A DNA stretch of 62,833 bases, filler included, from Octopus bimaculoides (Eukaryota): assembly GCF_001194135.2 (NCBI RefSeq). It is 5 parts of 5 records of this genome, joined end to end, with 100 filler letters (N's around TTAATTAATTAA, not from the genome) between each part and the next. Parts side by side here need not be neighbours in the genome. Positions count along the whole stretch, not along the records: positions 58,563 to 62,833 come from NC_068981.1; 4 more parts are not named here. One strand, given 5' to 3'. A program made the translations under genes and the position numbers. This document shows, piece after piece, positions 62,501 through 62,833 of this stretch (positions are counted from its first letter, which is position 1; each line of letters begins with the position of its first letter). The notes below the pieces were generated by a model. It did no database searches and was not told the DNA's origin. It worked only from the letters and a program-made list of their open reading frames with translations.

Positions 62501-62791
62501 GATTTCCGGATCCCAGTTATGAACTCATTTGCATACAGCCAATAAGAGCTCAATTATCCAACTAATTTATGAGCGCATAACAAGTGATGGGAAATAATAT
62601 GAGGTCACTTGGGTAAGGAATGGCTATGCCTCTTTTCACTTAAAATAATGGATTTTTTTCCCTTATGAGGTTTTTTTCACGCTAGCTACTTGATAAATTC
62701 TTGTAAAAGAGTTCATGATATTATTGAATTTAAGTATCTATATATCTATATATTCTTATATCTATACACACACACACACACACACGCACAC

Positions 62792-62833
<42 letters not shown>

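Noticed and set aside
1759-62833. Dozens of long ORFs in the track (poly-V/T/H/D/C, YI-repeats, X-runs)
   Set aside because: They are translations of microsatellites or N gaps.

Overview
AT-rich, microsatellite- and transposon-saturated animal genomic DNA, with repeat types that resemble octopus/cephalopod DNA (inference from recalled repeat families, not a database hit). Four identical 100-nt artificial spacers (N44-TTAATTAATTAA-N44) split the window into five joined segments: 1-14752, 14853-25925, 26026-50667, 50768-58462, 58563-62833. No intact host protein-coding gene can be supported; there are only two weak exon candidates. Recognisable content is decayed mobile DNA: piggyBac, a full-length Tc1 with long TIRs, Chapaev3-like, Gypsy pol+LTR, a second LTR with a tRNA-Trp PBS, CR1, RTE, Tx1/L1, several Penelope-like (PLE, GIY-YIG) fragments, non-autonomous Helitrons, MITEs and at least three tRNA-derived SINE types. 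The most interesting signal is a set of five sequence-unrelated repeat families that each carry a minimal type-I hammerhead-ribozyme-like motif (stem I / CUGANGA-like core / stem II / GAAA / short, mostly palindromic stem III / NUH), several with recurring non-canonical core features. Two of these families sit in long inverted repeats. All coordinates and folds were read by eye; element edges are approximate unless a TSD or TIR is quoted, and no ribozyme activity is shown.
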